Made by a program: the position numbers and the translations under genes. Shown in pieces: positions 1 through 10,293 of a stretch of 64,000 nt of DNA. The stretch comes from a virus, in IMG/VR virus record IMGVR_UViG_3300017971_000203, one strand, 5' to 3'. Position 1 is the stretch's first letter. Each line of letters starts with the position of its first letter. The notes beneath the pieces are model-generated. The model ran no database searches. It was not told the DNA's origin and saw only the letters and a list, made by a program, of their open reading frames with translations.

Positions 1-3000
1 ATCGTCCCGAATCTTACTCCAACGCCCTCGCTGCACCGGACCCGTGAGCCCGGGGGCTATCTCAGCCTGCTCCGTAGCATCGATCTCTTCTTTCTTCACC
101 CCCACAGCAGAGAGACGCTTCCGAAGTAGCTTGATCGCCTCGGCTGTGTCCGAAGAAGTGGGATTCGACTTCCGAAGTAGAGTGCCCAGCTCCGCAATGT
201 CTCCCGCATGCTTCTTCCGAGCCGCGGACAAACCATCGAAGGTATTGGAGTACAGACTCAAGGCCACGTTCTCCTTCGTCAACGTCCCCGTCGAGGCCGT
301 CAGAAGGTCCGCTTCTTGGGGCGACTTCGCCCACAAGAGCGCCTGCATACGCAGCTTGTCCTTGTCACTGTCCGAGGGGTTCCTGAGCACCTTCGAAGCA
401 TCCGACCCGAAAACCTTCTTCGTCATCTCCTCGAAAGCGGCCTTGAAAGACTGCCCCGACTTGGGACGGACCTTCATCACCATGATGTCCTTCACGGCTC
501 GTGCATTAGGCTCCGTGCCCTTCCCCGGGACGTTCACTTCGCCAGTCATCATGAAAGCTTCCGAATCGCCGGTCTCCCACTTGTTCGAAGTCATGTGGGC
601 AATCGGGACTCCAATCGGAGGCTCCTCCTGAAACACCCCCGTGCTCTCATCGAAAGGCGCCCACGGGGCGGTGTAGGTGGTTCCGAAATCGTCTGGCTGC
701 TCCAACGCCTTCTTGTCCCGCACACGGAATTGCACGGTGTAGTAATCCTTGCCTGCCTGGTCCCGGTTCTTGCGCACACGAAAAGTGTGGCTCTTGATGA
801 GATCCGCATCGCCTGTGATGGCGAAACCGCCCCAGCCGACCCCCGCCCAATCCGTGGTGTCGTTGATTAGTTTGTCCAGCTGCTCCATGTTCCCGGGGGC
901 CGCCGGAGGGGGAGGGCTCGTAGACAGGTAGGTTGCCTGACCAGGGTGCGGGTGAATGGGGACCGCGTCCTCGGGCTGCGTCGTAACAGTCTCGGTCGTG
1001 GTCACAGAAGCCGCCTCCCAGTCCGACTTCTTCACCGGGGTGAGGGTGTAGTAGCTCCCCTTGATCGTAGGCCCCACAGGAGAAATCCCCAGCTCGGCCA
1101 AGCAACCATTGATCTGGGACTTCGCATGTGCCGGGTCGCTTCCGTTCGTATGGCGCACCATGATGAGAGTGTCGTCGTTCTTGTGCTCCGCTGTGTTGCA
1201 ACCGTACTTGTCCCAAGCAACCTCCTCGGCCGACTTCGTAGTCGTAAAGGTCTCCGTGGTAGGACCGGCCGCTGCGGTACTCGGCTTCCACCCATCCTTG
1301 AACGTGAACGTCCCCTTGGAATCGTTGTGCTTCGTCCGGGCCAACCCCGTCAAAAACACCTCGAAATCCCTTCGGACCGAAGTCTTCCGACCGAGCATCT
1401 TCTGGATGAAAGCCTCCTGTTTAGCCTTGTCTCCAGGGAAACGCTGCTCCGCATAGGGACGAACGGACTCCCGGAACTCGTCGGGCTTGATCGCTTCGAC
1501 CTTCTCGATGGCCCCAGCCATCTCCTTCGGGTCGAACTCGAACTTACCCTTCGACCAGTCCCCCCAGAACTTGTTGTAGAAAGGCGTCTCGTAATTCCCC
1601 GAGGGCTTCCAGTTCGCGTCCAGGCGCTCCTCACCCGAGATCATGTAACGCCAGCCCTGCTCCTTGTCGATGCCGATGACCTTCCCGCTCTCGAGGACCA
1701 TGAAGTTCTCAGCATGAGAATCGTGCTGAGACATGCACCAGTCGAGGACATGCTCCGACGCCACATCGGCCTTCTGTGAATCCGTGAGCGACGCCGGCGA
1801 ATGCTGCATGGGGAGCAAGCTCCCCTGTACACCCGGCAACCAGGGCTGAAGGGTCCCGTACTCAGTCGCCCCTCCCTTCTTGCGCTTCACCATCCCCACA
1901 TTCGGATGGTCTGGCTTCACCTGCTTCGCAATCTTCGCAAAAGCGTCCTGAGCAGCCGCCGCGTAGGGCTTGTCCTTACCCCCGTATCCCTTCGTCTTGG
2001 CCAGCTTGAACATCCAGATCTGGCCGTTCTGGTCCTCGTAGAACTCCTTGATCCCAGCTCCTGCAGTGCCCCCAGGGGGCGTCTCCGTGGGCGTGAGGTC
2101 CTTGAGATCCGGCACGGGAAGCTCGTGCGCAGGCGTCCCCGGAGACACCGAGGGCTTCTTCTTCTTGAACTTGAACGCAACCTCCCCACGGGCTTCGCGA
2201 AGGCGCGTGAAGAAGTCCTCGAACTCCTGCCGAATGCCGTTCTTGCGCTTCAGAACTGCCTGGCGCTTCGCTTCGAGCTGCGACGCCGTCCACCCCTGCT
2301 CGGCCGCGTGCGCACTCAAGTAGGGATCCACCGCCTCCATCCACTTCGAATCGGGGATGTTCTCAATGCGGGAAACGTAGGGCTCCACCGAATTGAAATC
2401 CAGCTCGACCTTCTGCCCCACATACGCCTTGAACAGCTGGTCGTAGATAGACGGCGTCGGATTCGGTTTCGCCTGATGCCCCAGAGCCAAGATACTCTGA
2501 TCCAGGTGCAGGAACGCCTGCTCCTTGTCGATCCCGATGACCCGATTGCCGGCGTCCAGCAAGAAGTTCCTGCCCTTCGTATCCTGGTTCGCGAATGCCC
2601 AGTCCATGACCCGCTCACGGAGCAGATCCCGCAGCTGGTCGTCGCTCATGTTCTTGATGGTCGACACCGGGACCTGCTTCCCACCCTCGCCCGTGCCCGC
2701 GGGCGCGACCGACCCGAGGTTCGGAATCAGAGCCTGGACAGCGCCGGTCTTCCCGCCGATCGTACAGGCCTTCGACGACACGAAGTGCTCCGACTCGACC
2801 ACAAGCGACGACAGATCCGACGCAGCCTGTGCTGCCAAGCCCTTCACCTTGCCCGGCTTGAAGAGAAACTTGTTTGGCTGGCCCGGGGCCGACACAAAGA
2901 ACTTCGGCTTGTTCCCTCCGAGCTGAGCCTGCGCATTCGCGCCGAGCGTCATCGCCTCGATCGGAGGAATGTCCGGGACCTCGAACCCGACCGGCGGCAC

Positions 3001-6000
3001 GCTTGAACCGGACTGAGCCGGCACGGGGTTCATCCAGTGCCCCTCGACCTTCGCAGCCTTCTTGAGCTTCTTCTTGACCGCTTGGACCTCTCCGGCCGCC
3101 GCCGCAGCCATCATGCCATTCAACGCACCGATAGTCTTCAGACCATACTTGTGCTTGAGCTGCTGCTTCTGCGCCTTGAGCCAGTTGGGACTGACCTGGA
3201 GCTCCGCTATGGATGCTGCGGCCATGAGCTCGTTCGTGAGCATCGCAGCCGCGACATGCTCCTTCCAGTCCTCGCCGAAGAGCTGCTGGTAGCTGCTCGC
3301 CGGCATACCACCGGAGATCGTCCCCGTGGAAGGATCCAAGTAAGAACCGGCGAGCACGACAGCCGCCTGGTCCTTCTGGCCCATCGAGAGCACACCAGCC
3401 TTCTTCGCAGCTTCCATCAGCGTGGGCGTGGCGCCGAAAGAGGGCACCAAAGCACCGGACTTGGACTTCGAGACCTGCTCCGAGAGCACGTAGGCAAGGG
3501 TGTTCTTATGGGCAGGGAAGTCCTGGATCGCCGCCGTAGTGGCGTAGATCTTCCCGACGCTGTACTGCGTCATTCCGAAGCCGGCCCCGATGGCGCGATC
3601 CTTCGAAGCCCCCAGCAGGCCTTCGCCCTCGAAGTTGTCCTGGATGTGCTTGACCATCGCCGCAGTCGCCAGACCGTCGAAGAGATCCTTCCAGTCCATG
3701 CTCTGCGATGAAATCTCCCCCTTCGCCGTCGCGATCGCATGCGTAAACGGGTTCTCCGTCCCCGGATACCACAGACTGTCCGCCATCTGCGTCGCGAAGA
3801 ACTGCTTCTGCTTCTCCCTCTCATCCTTGATGAACTTCTTGAGATCGCTGAACGCGGTCTGCTTCTCGATCGCAACCTGCGACATCGCCATCGCAGAAAC
3901 AAGGCCTGCAACCTTGGAACGCACAGCAGGCGTCGGAGCCAGCCCGGCTGCAATGATCAGGTCGTTTGTGACAGCTTTCGTAGGATCGTCTTCGAAGTGC
4001 TCCACCAGCTTCTTCGACACCTCAGTCGCCAGGATAGCGGCCTGGGTGTCCAGATACTTCTCAGGCGTCTCCCCAGCATTCGCCAACGTCTCGGCTTTCC
4101 CGGGCTGCCACTTCATCGCGTGCATCACACCCGCAAGGTTCGGCGGACCCGCTCCAATAGGGAGCACCTTGTTTGCACTCACCGCTTCTTTGATCTTATC
4201 CAGCGGCGTCTCCGCGAAGTCCTTGGCCCCCTTCTCGTAGTAGCCCGCCATCATCTTGATGCGGCTCTCTTTTAGGTCTTCTGTCGAACCTGGCAGCGCC
4301 GCCCCATGCCTGTACACGAACCGCAGATACTTCGCCGAAACCTCGAGCTCGGGCTCGAGCTCTTCCGACGCCGCTTTCACTGTGGGACCCGTCCAGTCGA
4401 ACTCTGTCCCTCCGACCTTCTGGAACATCGCCATGGACGCCGTAAGACTGCCCGCCACGTTCTTCCAGTCGTCACCGAAGTGCTCCTTGAAAAACTCATC
4501 GAGCTCCTCATTCTCCAGAGCTCCCCCGACACCGCCCTCGAACTCGTTCAAGGTGTCGAGCATGACCGCGTACTTCTGCGGGAGCCCCGGGAAGTCGACC
4601 GTTTCATCCAGCTTCGAAAGCCCCTCGAGCGACTCAAAAGCCCCGCCGGTCTTGTCCTTGAACTTCCCCAGGAAATTCGCCTCGGCCCCGGGCTTGAGAT
4701 CATGAACCTCCACGATGTCCTCGAACAGGTCGATGACGTCGTCGTGGTCCAACCCGTACTTCTCCGCCATCTCGGGAGAGTCCATCTGGCTGTACGCATC
4801 GTAGGCAAAATGCAACGCCGCAGCCGTGCTCTTCCAGCCCTTGCCGAAGTGCTCGCTCAAGAGCTCGTCGTCTTCTTCGTCCATGTAACCGAAGCCGCCG
4901 GCCTCGTCCGCCAGGTCGAAGAGGATCTTGTGCTTCCCCGAGAAGCCGATCAGGTTCTTGCCGGGCCCGGGTTCCTCGTCCTCGTCATAGGGGTCCTCGT
5001 CCACGGGATCGGGCACCGGCTCCACCGGCTCAGGTTCGATCGCAGCCGAGGGCATCACAGCCACGGGAAGCTCGCCCTTCTTCTTCTCGACCTTCTTGTG
5101 CTGCGCCACGAGCCCATTGATCAGGGCCATCTGGGTGCCCTGGTAAGGCGGCTGTCCCAACCTCCACGCCGTAGCCGCCAGGGTCCGGGCCTCCTTCGCC
5201 GGATAGCCCGTGAGCTCCTTCAGCTTCGGCAGCGCGGCCTCGATCTCATCCTTCGGCGGCAGCGTACCGTTCGGTTTGGCCTCCATGGGGAGCATCTGGG
5301 CCGCCGTGACAACAGCCTTGGCGACCTTGTACTTGGCCTTCCAATCGGGCCCGAAAGCGTTCTTCGCCAGCTGCACGGTCTTCTTGGGAAGCTGGTCGAG
5401 CCCACCCTCCCCGTCGATGCCGTCCATGAGGTCGCCGATCGTCTGGGGCAAGACCTTCCCGGCTACCACGCCGAGCTCGGGCGGGCCCTCCGGCTCGGGC
5501 TCGGTCTTCGACGGCGGCACTTCTCCGGCGGCCGGTCCCGTCGCCGTGATGCCTTTGTCCTTGGCGGCCTTGTACTTTGCCTTCCAGTCATTGCCGAAAG
5601 CCACCTCGAAGGCCGTGTTCATCCCCGTATGCTTCGACTTGAGCACGTCGAAGCCCTGACCGGAGACGAAATTCACGAGGTCCTGATCTCCGAGGGCGTC
5701 GCCCTCCTTCAGCTTCTTCTGGATCGTCATCGCGAGCTCGGCCGGAGTCCCGGCCTCGATCTCGACCTTCCCAGAAGTCGGCTGCAGGTCGTGCGGACCC
5801 TTGTAACCAGGGGGCACCTTCCCCTTGACCATCTCCGCCCACTTCGAATCTGCGGGCGGGTCGATCAGATCCGGGTAGTGCTTCTGAACCTGGTCGTGGG
5901 TGATGAAGACCGGTTGAACCTTGGTCTTGTCTTTCTTCGACCACTTGAAACAGAACAACCTGTTCGGGGTGGCCTTGTAGTAGGATGCCTCACACAATTC

Positions 6001-6024
6001 GAGAGGAACCAGGGTGCTCGACAT
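1..6024 (-). CDS. Giant protein (>=2008 aa, 3'-truncated by the window) with two tandem HipA/PI3-4K-like kinase domains; possibly virion-associated or injected
   Basis: Manual translation from ATG 6024 (MSSTLVPLEL...) is open to position 1. Two copies of a K...D-x4-N...GIDKEQ motif set: FLFKP..DWAFANQDTKGRNF..IGIDKEQAF and WMFK..DWCMSQHDSHAENF..IGIDKEQGW. Confidence 0.8.
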   Translation of the reverse strand, partial: MSSTLVPLELCEASYYKATPNRLFCFKWSKKDKTKVQPVFITHDQVQKHYPDLIDPPADSKWAEMVKGKVPPGYKGPHDLQPTSGKVEIEAGTPAELAMTIQKKLKEGDALGDQDLVNFVSGQGFDVLKSKHTGMNTAFEVAFGNDWKAKYKAAKDKGITATGPAAGEVPPSKTEPEPEGPPELGVVAGKVLPQTIGDLMDGIDGEGGLDQLPKKTVQLAKNAFGPDWKAKYKVAKAVVTAAQMLPMEAKPNGTLPPKDEIEAALPKLKELTGYPAKEARTLAATAWRLGQPPYQGTQMALINGLVAQHKKVEKKKGELPVAVMPSAAIEPEPVEPVPDPVDEDPYDEDEEPGPGKNLIGFSGKHKILFDLADEAGGFGYMDEEDDELLSEHFGKGWKSTAAALHFAYDAYSQMDSPEMAEKYGLDHDDVIDLFEDIVEVHDLKPGAEANFLGKFKDKTGGAFESLEGLSKLDETVDFPGLPQKYAVMLDTLNEFEGGVGGALENEELDEFFKEHFGDDWKNVAGSLTASMAMFQKVGGTEFDWTGPTVKAASEELEPELEVSAKYLRFVYRHGAALPGSTEDLKESRIKMMAGYYEKGAKDFAETPLDKIKEAVSANKVLPIGAGPPNLAGVMHAMKWQPGKAETLANAGETPEKYLDTQAAILATEVSKKLVEHFEDDPTKAVTNDLIIAAGLAPTPAVRSKVAGLVSAMAMSQVAIEKQTAFSDLKKFIKDEREKQKQFFATQMADSLWYPGTENPFTHAIATAKGEISSQSMDWKDLFDGLATAAMVKHIQDNFEGEGLLGASKDRAIGAGFGMTQYSVGKIYATTAAIQDFPAHKNTLAYVLSEQVSKSKSGALVPSFGATPTLMEAAKKAGVLSMGQKDQAAVVLAGSYLDPSTGTISGGMPASSYQQLFGEDWKEHVAAAMLTNELMAAASIAELQVSPNWLKAQKQQLKHKYGLKTIGALNGMMAAAAAGEVQAVKKKLKKAAKVEGHWMNPVPAQSGSSVPPVGFEVPDIPPIEAMTLGANAQAQLGGNKPKFFVSAPGQPNKFLFKPGKVKGLAAQAASDLSSLVVESEHFVSSKACTIGGKTGAVQALIPNLGSVAPAGTGEGGKQVPVSTIKNMSDDQLRDLLRERVMDWAFANQDTKGRNFLLDAGNRVIGIDKEQAFLHLDQSILALGHQAKPNPTPSIYDQLFKAYVGQKVELDFNSVEPYVSRIENIPDSKWMEAVDPYLSAHAAEQGWTASQLEAKRQAVLKRKNGIRQEFEDFFTRLREARGEVAFKFKKKKPSVSPGTPAHELPVPDLKDLTPTETPPGGTAGAGIKEFYEDQNGQIWMFKLAKTKGYGGKDKPYAAAAQDAFAKIAKQVKPDHPNVGMVKRKKGGATEYGTLQPWLPGVQGSLLPMQHSPASLTDSQKADVASEHVLDWCMSQHDSHAENFMVLESGKVIGIDKEQGWRYMISGEERLDANWKPSGNYETPFYNKFWGDWSKGKFEFDPKEMAGAIEKVEAIKPDEFRESVRPYAEQRFPGDKAKQEAFIQKMLGRKTSVRRDFEVFLTGLARTKHNDSKGTFTFKDGWKPSTAAAGPTTETFTTTKSAEEVAWDKYGCNTAEHKNDDTLIMVRHTNGSDPAHAKSQINGCLAELGISPVGPTIKGSYYTLTPVKKSDWEAASVTTTETVTTQPEDAVPIHPHPGQATYLSTSPPPPAAPGNMEQLDKLINDTTDWAGVGWGGFAITGDADLIKSHTFRVRKNRDQAGKDYYTVQFRVRDKKALEQPDDFGTTYTAPWAPFDESTGVFQEEPPIGVPIAHMTSNKWETGDSEAFMMTGEVNVPGKGTEPNARAVKDIMVMKVRPKSGQSFKAAFEEMTKKVFGSDASKVLRNPSDSDKDKLRMQALLWAKSPQEADLLTASTGTLTKENVALSLYSNTFDGLSAARKKHAGDIAELGTLLRKSNPTSSDTAEAIKLLRKRLSAVGVKKEEIDATEQAEIAPGLTGPVQRGRWSKIRDD

Positions 6025-6124
6025 GCGACGACTCTTCGGCTGGAGGGGGTGGCGCGGGGGGCTTCCCCAATCTTGACAGCCCCCAGCGTATCCCTCGAGC
6101 GCCGCCACGACAAGACCCGCTCAC

Positions 6125-6928
6125 TCAGAACGGTGCGTCGTCCTCGTCCAGGTCGTCACCCCGGGCCGCCTGCTGCAACTCGAGCTCGGCCCGCTTCCCA
6201 GCTTCTTTCAGCACAGGCGCCAGGAAGTCGTTGATGTCCTTGTTCGCGAAGGCACAGTACCGAAGCACCACGTCCATGGCGCGGCGGCCCTTCTGATTGA
6301 GCCGCACGTAGATGTGCTTCTTCGCCCCGTACACGAAGACCATGAAGCTCTTGTCGAGGGTGTCCCCGTACTCGTTGAAGAGCTCCTGGAGGATCACCGC
6401 GAGGTCGTCCATGGACTTCGCGTTCTTCGCCTTCTGCTCGAACTTCTTGCTCTGCTCGGGAGTCAGAGACTTCTTCACCTGCGACCCAATCTCCCCGATG
6501 ATCCGCTTGAACGCGCGCTGGTCCGTGAAGGCGAACATCTCCTGCAAGGGCTCCTTGCCGTACTTCTCCGCCATCCGGTTGTAGAGTTCGATCATCTTCT
6601 CCGCGTTGAGCTTCCCAGCCAGCACGTTGAGCCGAACGACCTCGAACTCCTGGAGGTCCTCGTCCCACTCATCCAGGGGGAGGATGAGCGCAGGGACCGC
6701 ATCGAGCTGCGCCTCCTTGGCAGCCCTCCACCGGTGTTCGCCGCCGATGATGCGATAACGACCGTTCTGGAGGTCCACCACTGTGATGGGAGATATGAAC
6801 CCGACCCCCTCCCGACCGATCTCCTTCACGAGGCGCGTGAACGTCGGGTCGTCCATGCTCTGGGGATTCGACCTCGTCGGGACCAGAACGTCCACAGAGA
6901 GGTACTCGAGCGGGTAACGCCGGGCCAC
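6125..6928 (-). CDS. ParB/Srx-like N-terminal domain protein
   Basis: NP..M, GFISPITV, YRIIGGEHRWRAA and NVLAG motifs typical of the ParBc domain. Confidence 0.8.
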   Translation of the reverse strand: MARRYPLEYLSVDVLVPTRSNPQSMDDPTFTRLVKEIGREGVGFISPITVVDLQNGRYRIIGGEHRWRAAKEAQLDAVPALILPLDEWDEDLQEFEVVRLNVLAGKLNAEKMIELYNRMAEKYGKEPLQEMFAFTDQRAFKRIIGEIGSQVKKSLTPEQSKKFEQKAKNAKSMDDLAVILQELFNEYGDTLDKSFMVFVYGAKKHIYVRLNQKGRRAMDVVLRYCAFANKDINDFLAPVLKEAGKRAELELQQAARGDDLDEDDAPF

Positions 6929-6929
6929 G

Positions 6930-7178
6930 TCACAGCCCCCCTTCTTCCATGACCGAAATCAGGGTCGAGAGCATGCTCTCCACAACCGTGAATTCCGCAA
7001 CCATTTGCTTCACGAACTGATCGTAGTGCATAGCGTCCTTGAACTGGAACCCGGAAACCGAGAGCTCCTTCATCTTCATCTGCCACATCTCAAGGATCTG
7101 GTGGCAGTTCTGGATCTGCCCGCACAGAATGTCAGGCATTATCGGAAAGGTCAGAAACTGTCCCTGCTGAATCGGCAT
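6930..7178 (-). CDS. Hypothetical protein
   Basis: 82-aa ORF tightly packed between its neighbours in the same orientation. Confidence 0.6.
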   Translation of the reverse strand: MPIQQGQFLTFPIMPDILCGQIQNCHQILEMWQMKMKELSVSGFQFKDAMHYDQFVKQMVAEFTVVESMLSTLISVMEEGGL

Positions 7179-8073
7179 TGTCTTCCTCGTCGTCGTACAT
7201 CTGGGCCATGCGCTGCAGCGTTCTGGCCCCGTACAAGAGATCCATCCCGCTGCCCTGCGTGTCCATCACAATCATACGCACCCCGAACAGGTTCTCGAGG
7301 TTCGCCAGGTAAGCCAGGAACTCATCGCTGCCCGGGGGACACGATCCGTTCGTAGCCAGGTAGTCCATACAGACCAGGGTCAGAAGGTGCCCTCGCTTCG
7401 CGCTCTTCGCAATGAACTCACAGCAAGACAGCGCTTCGTTCACGATCGCCTTCTGGTCCGGGTAGAGCCGGAAGCGCACCCAGTCGCTCTCCGGGATCTC
7501 CTCCACGGTCGGCTCTTCGTAGGCCTCCTCCGGGGTGTCCGCCTTCCCCGTTTCCACGGCCTTCTCGGCTTCCTTCTGCGCCTCCTTGAGCGCGTGCCGA
7601 TACGCCCGGATAGCATCGGAGAGGTCCTCGTAGCGACAGTTCTCGGCCTTCTCCACCCACGCCGCCACGTTGGTGGGAGTCAAGACCCCCACGAGCTCCC
7701 GCGTCTTCGAATAACCCAGCCGGATGATACGCTTCTTCAGATCCGGATCCAGCTCGGACAGGTCGTCTACCTCCAGACGATAGAAGATCCGCCGAAGAAA
7801 GCGCACCTTCCGGTCCCGCATCCCGAGCACGTCGTAGGCGAACTGCTCGACGTTGTCGTACCCCCAGAAGGTACACACAGGAGGCTTCGTAGGGTCGTTG
7901 TCGATGGGGACATCGTAGAAAGTGTAGAGGATCCGCCCTAGCTCCAGGTAGCCGGCATCCAGGTCCTCCTGCAGCCGCACCGCCCTGTTCCGAAGCTCCT
8001 CGGCCCAGGCTCTCGAGCCCACCGGAAACTCACTCGGAAACGTCACCCGCAACGTGTTGCCCTCTTGCATCAC
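7132..8073 (-). CDS. Hypothetical phage protein
   Basis: 313-aa ORF with protein-like composition, packed within the operon. Confidence 0.7.
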   Translation of the reverse strand: MMQEGNTLRVTFPSEFPVGSRAWAEELRNRAVRLQEDLDAGYLELGRILYTFYDVPIDNDPTKPPVCTFWGYDNVEQFAYDVLGMRDRKVRFLRRIFYRLEVDDLSELDPDLKKRIIRLGYSKTRELVGVLTPTNVAAWVEKAENCRYEDLSDAIRAYRHALKEAQKEAEKAVETGKADTPEEAYEEPTVEEIPESDWVRFRLYPDQKAIVNEALSCCEFIAKSAKRGHLLTLVCMDYLATNGSCPPGSDEFLAYLANLENLFGVRMIVMDTQGSGMDLLYGARTLQRMAQMYDDEEDNADSAGTVSDLSDNA

Positions 8074-8077
8074 ACCC

Positions 8078-8680
8078 TCACAGTCGGTACAGCCGCACCA
8101 CCACCATCGAGCCCTCGTACTTCGCCGCGTAGCAGCCCCGAATCGACCAGGAAACGATCTGCTTGTCGTTGCCCAGCACAGACTTGTCCAGGGCGTCCCC
8201 CACGGTCTTGAGCACGTTGTCGCCGTCCGGGATCGTCTCCCGCCAGATCCGGCCCTCCGGGTCCTTCTTCCGGTAGAGCCTCTTCGGCCGGTCCGCGATC
8301 GCCTCGACCTTGAGCACCACCGGGCCCGTGATCAGCTGCACTCTCTCCGTGCTCTTCCGCAGCTGGTTCTTGAACAGGAAAGCCGCCGCCTGCTCCCACT
8401 CCGAAGTCTTCGTGGGCGTGTAGGTGTGCGGGATCGTCCTCCCGTCCTTGGTCTTGATACGCACGCTCTTCGGGCGCGCCTTCCCGATCGGCGGACCGAG
8501 GATCTCCACTCGGAAGAACAGTGGCAAGAACCGCGTGATCCAGTCATCCAGGATACAGAACGCCGCGTACTGAACGTGAGCCTCACCCCTCCTGGAAGCC
8601 GCCTGGAACACGGCCCCGACGTCCTCGATATCAAGATCGGAAAGGCGCAGCACCTTCCGCCTATACTCCTCACCGTCCAT
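8078..8680 (-). CDS. rusA: RusA-like Holliday junction resolvase
   Basis: GKARP, YTP..T and PDGDNVLKTVGDAL..NDKQIV catalytic Asp/Lys pattern. Start taken at MDGEEY. Confidence 0.8.
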   Translation of the reverse strand: MDGEEYRRKVLRLSDLDIEDVGAVFQAASRRGEAHVQYAAFCILDDWITRFLPLFFRVEILGPPIGKARPKSVRIKTKDGRTIPHTYTPTKTSEWEQAAAFLFKNQLRKSTERVQLITGPVVLKVEAIADRPKRLYRKKDPEGRIWRETIPDGDNVLKTVGDALDKSVLGNDKQIVSWSIRGCYAAKYEGSMVVVRLYRL

Positions 8681-8993
8681 CGGGGACCCCCGCAACGAAC
8701 ATCCGACCGGTGAGAACCACGGCCGCCAGGATCGTGTCCGCGTCCTCAATCCGGTACAAACGCAGGTCCTTCGTCAACCGGATCGACCTGTTCTTTCGCA
8801 CCTCCCGGCACAGCTGCCGGAACTCTTCGGAAACCCCCACAGAGGTGTCTTCGTACAGATAGCAGAGCGAACAGACAGCATCGTCTTCCGGGCCGACTCG
8901 GAGCTTCCATCGAGCCCGCTCCTCGCCGCAGATGTTGCACTCACAGGTGTTCCTCGGGGTGAGTTTGTCCGGGAGCTGTACGGGGTGCTTCAA
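8670..8993 (-). CDS. Small CxxC zinc-finger protein
   Basis: CNIC...CSLC pairs; overlaps both neighbours. Confidence 0.6.
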   Translation of the reverse strand: MKHPVQLPDKLTPRNTCECNICGEERARWKLRVGPEDDAVCSLCYLYEDTSVGVSEEFRQLCREVRKNRSIRLTKDLRLYRIEDADTILAAVVLTGRMFVAGVPDGR

Positions 8994-9961
8994 AACGGCA
9001 TCTCCTCTTTCTTGGGCTTCTCACACTCGAAGCAGGTATCCAGCACAGCGCACTCCTTAGCGCGCGGCGCGCGGGCGCTCTTGCACACACGATCAGGAAG
9101 CGGTCCACCCTCCACGCCGTCCCAGAGCGACGACAACGCCCCCCTCATCCGGGCAAGGAAGTCCTCGTCCCGCTCAATGTGATGCTCCACCAGGGACCTC
9201 GTTCCGAAAGTCCCTTTGGCCCAGTACAGGATGCACGCCCACTTGAGCCCGGTCGCGAGCAGGTACACATGCGCCTGTGCGACGTGCTTGATGTCAGGCC
9301 GATCACGGACCTTGTAAGCCCCGTTGTTGCTGATGCTCTTCACCTCGAGCAGCCCGAGGTCCTCCCTCCACGGCACCTTCAGGAAGCCGTCCGGGTGCCC
9401 GCCGATCCGGAGCTCCGGGACACCGAACCACATCTCCTCGTACTCGAAGTTCGACCACTCGTCCTCGGCTTCGAAGCCGCACTCACAGCAGCTGTCCGGG
9501 CGGGGGACAACCGAGCGCATCTGGTCCTGCATGAACTCCGCGAAAGGGATCACCGAGTTGCTCAGGAGCTGAGTTCGCGTCAGCTCCTTGAGCCTCTCCA
9601 GACGCGCCTTGTCGTCGTCGGAGAGCCCGCCATAGAGAGCCCCGCACAAGCAGCAGCGCCAACTCCCGAGGAGCAAATCGAGCTCCGGGAGGAGTCTGTT
9701 CTGCAACCCCCAATGCAAAGAAGTCCCGTGCAGAAACGTCAAGAGCAAGTTCGCATTGACCGCGTCCACCCGGGGGAGCTCCATCCGATGCAAGTACACG
9801 TAGGCCCGGGGACAGATGTATGGGATGCTCGAAGCCCTCAACCACTCTGCCTCTGTGAACGGCGGCTTTATCTCATTCCTGACATAACCCCGCTCCACGA
9901 GCTCTCGAATCGTCCCGCCTGCCTGTGAAGCAATCAGCGAGGTAGTAGTCTTCGCACCCAT
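8990..9961 (-). CDS. Cas4-like PD-(D/E)XK exonuclease
   Basis: ASSI..CPR, GTSLH, GHPDG, LEVKS, QAHVY and a C-terminal Cys cluster consistent with a split Fe-S ligand set. Confidence 0.75.
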   Translation of the reverse strand: MGAKTTTSLIASQAGGTIRELVERGYVRNEIKPPFTEAEWLRASSIPYICPRAYVYLHRMELPRVDAVNANLLLTFLHGTSLHWGLQNRLLPELDLLLGSWRCCLCGALYGGLSDDDKARLERLKELTRTQLLSNSVIPFAEFMQDQMRSVVPRPDSCCECGFEAEDEWSNFEYEEMWFGVPELRIGGHPDGFLKVPWREDLGLLEVKSISNNGAYKVRDRPDIKHVAQAHVYLLATGLKWACILYWAKGTFGTRSLVEHHIERDEDFLARMRGALSSLWDGVEGGPLPDRVCKSARAPRAKECAVLDTCFECEKPKKEEMPF

Positions 9962-10293
9962 GATAATCTCCCCCTCCTGGGCTTCAGGAAGTCTCTCAGA
10001 GCCGTCATCACGCCCACGTACTGGTCGATGAGCGCCACCGCTTCGTCGCTGTAGAAAACAAACTCACAGTCCCGGCACGTCCACGAGCTGTCTTTCCACT
10101 CGAAGAGGTCTTCACAGCTCACGCACATGAAGCACACTTTTGGCTCCCCGGAATCGGGGCTCTCGAAGAAGTACGGGCGCACTTTCCCCGACAAAACCGA
10201 TGTAGCCGAGACCGCCTCGGGCTTGTAACCCCCTTCCAGAAGCCGCTGCGCCTCCTCGAGCCTCTTCTCCTGCCCTCTACTCAGCATCGACAT
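9934..10293 (-). CDS. Zinc-ribbon hypothetical protein
   Basis: CVSC...CRDC pairs. Confidence 0.6.
   Translation of the reverse strand: MSMLSRGQEKRLEEAQRLLEGGYKPEAVSATSVLSGKVRPYFFESPDSGEPKVCFMCVSCEDLFEWKDSSWTCRDCEFVFYSDEAVALIDQYVGVMTALRDFLKPRRGRLSWVRRLLPR

Noticed and set aside
1801-6234. Long plus-strand ORFs (e.g. 1801-3006, 4306-6234) and similar ones throughout the window
   Set aside because: They are antisense shadows of GC-rich minus-strand genes: Arg/Leu/His-rich, with no motifs or SD. The minus frame carries the recognisable domains.
8990-9961. Cas4 as evidence of a CRISPR-Cas system
   Set aside because: It is a solo Cas4-like nuclease within a recombination operon, which is common in phages. 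No cas1/cas2 or array is present.
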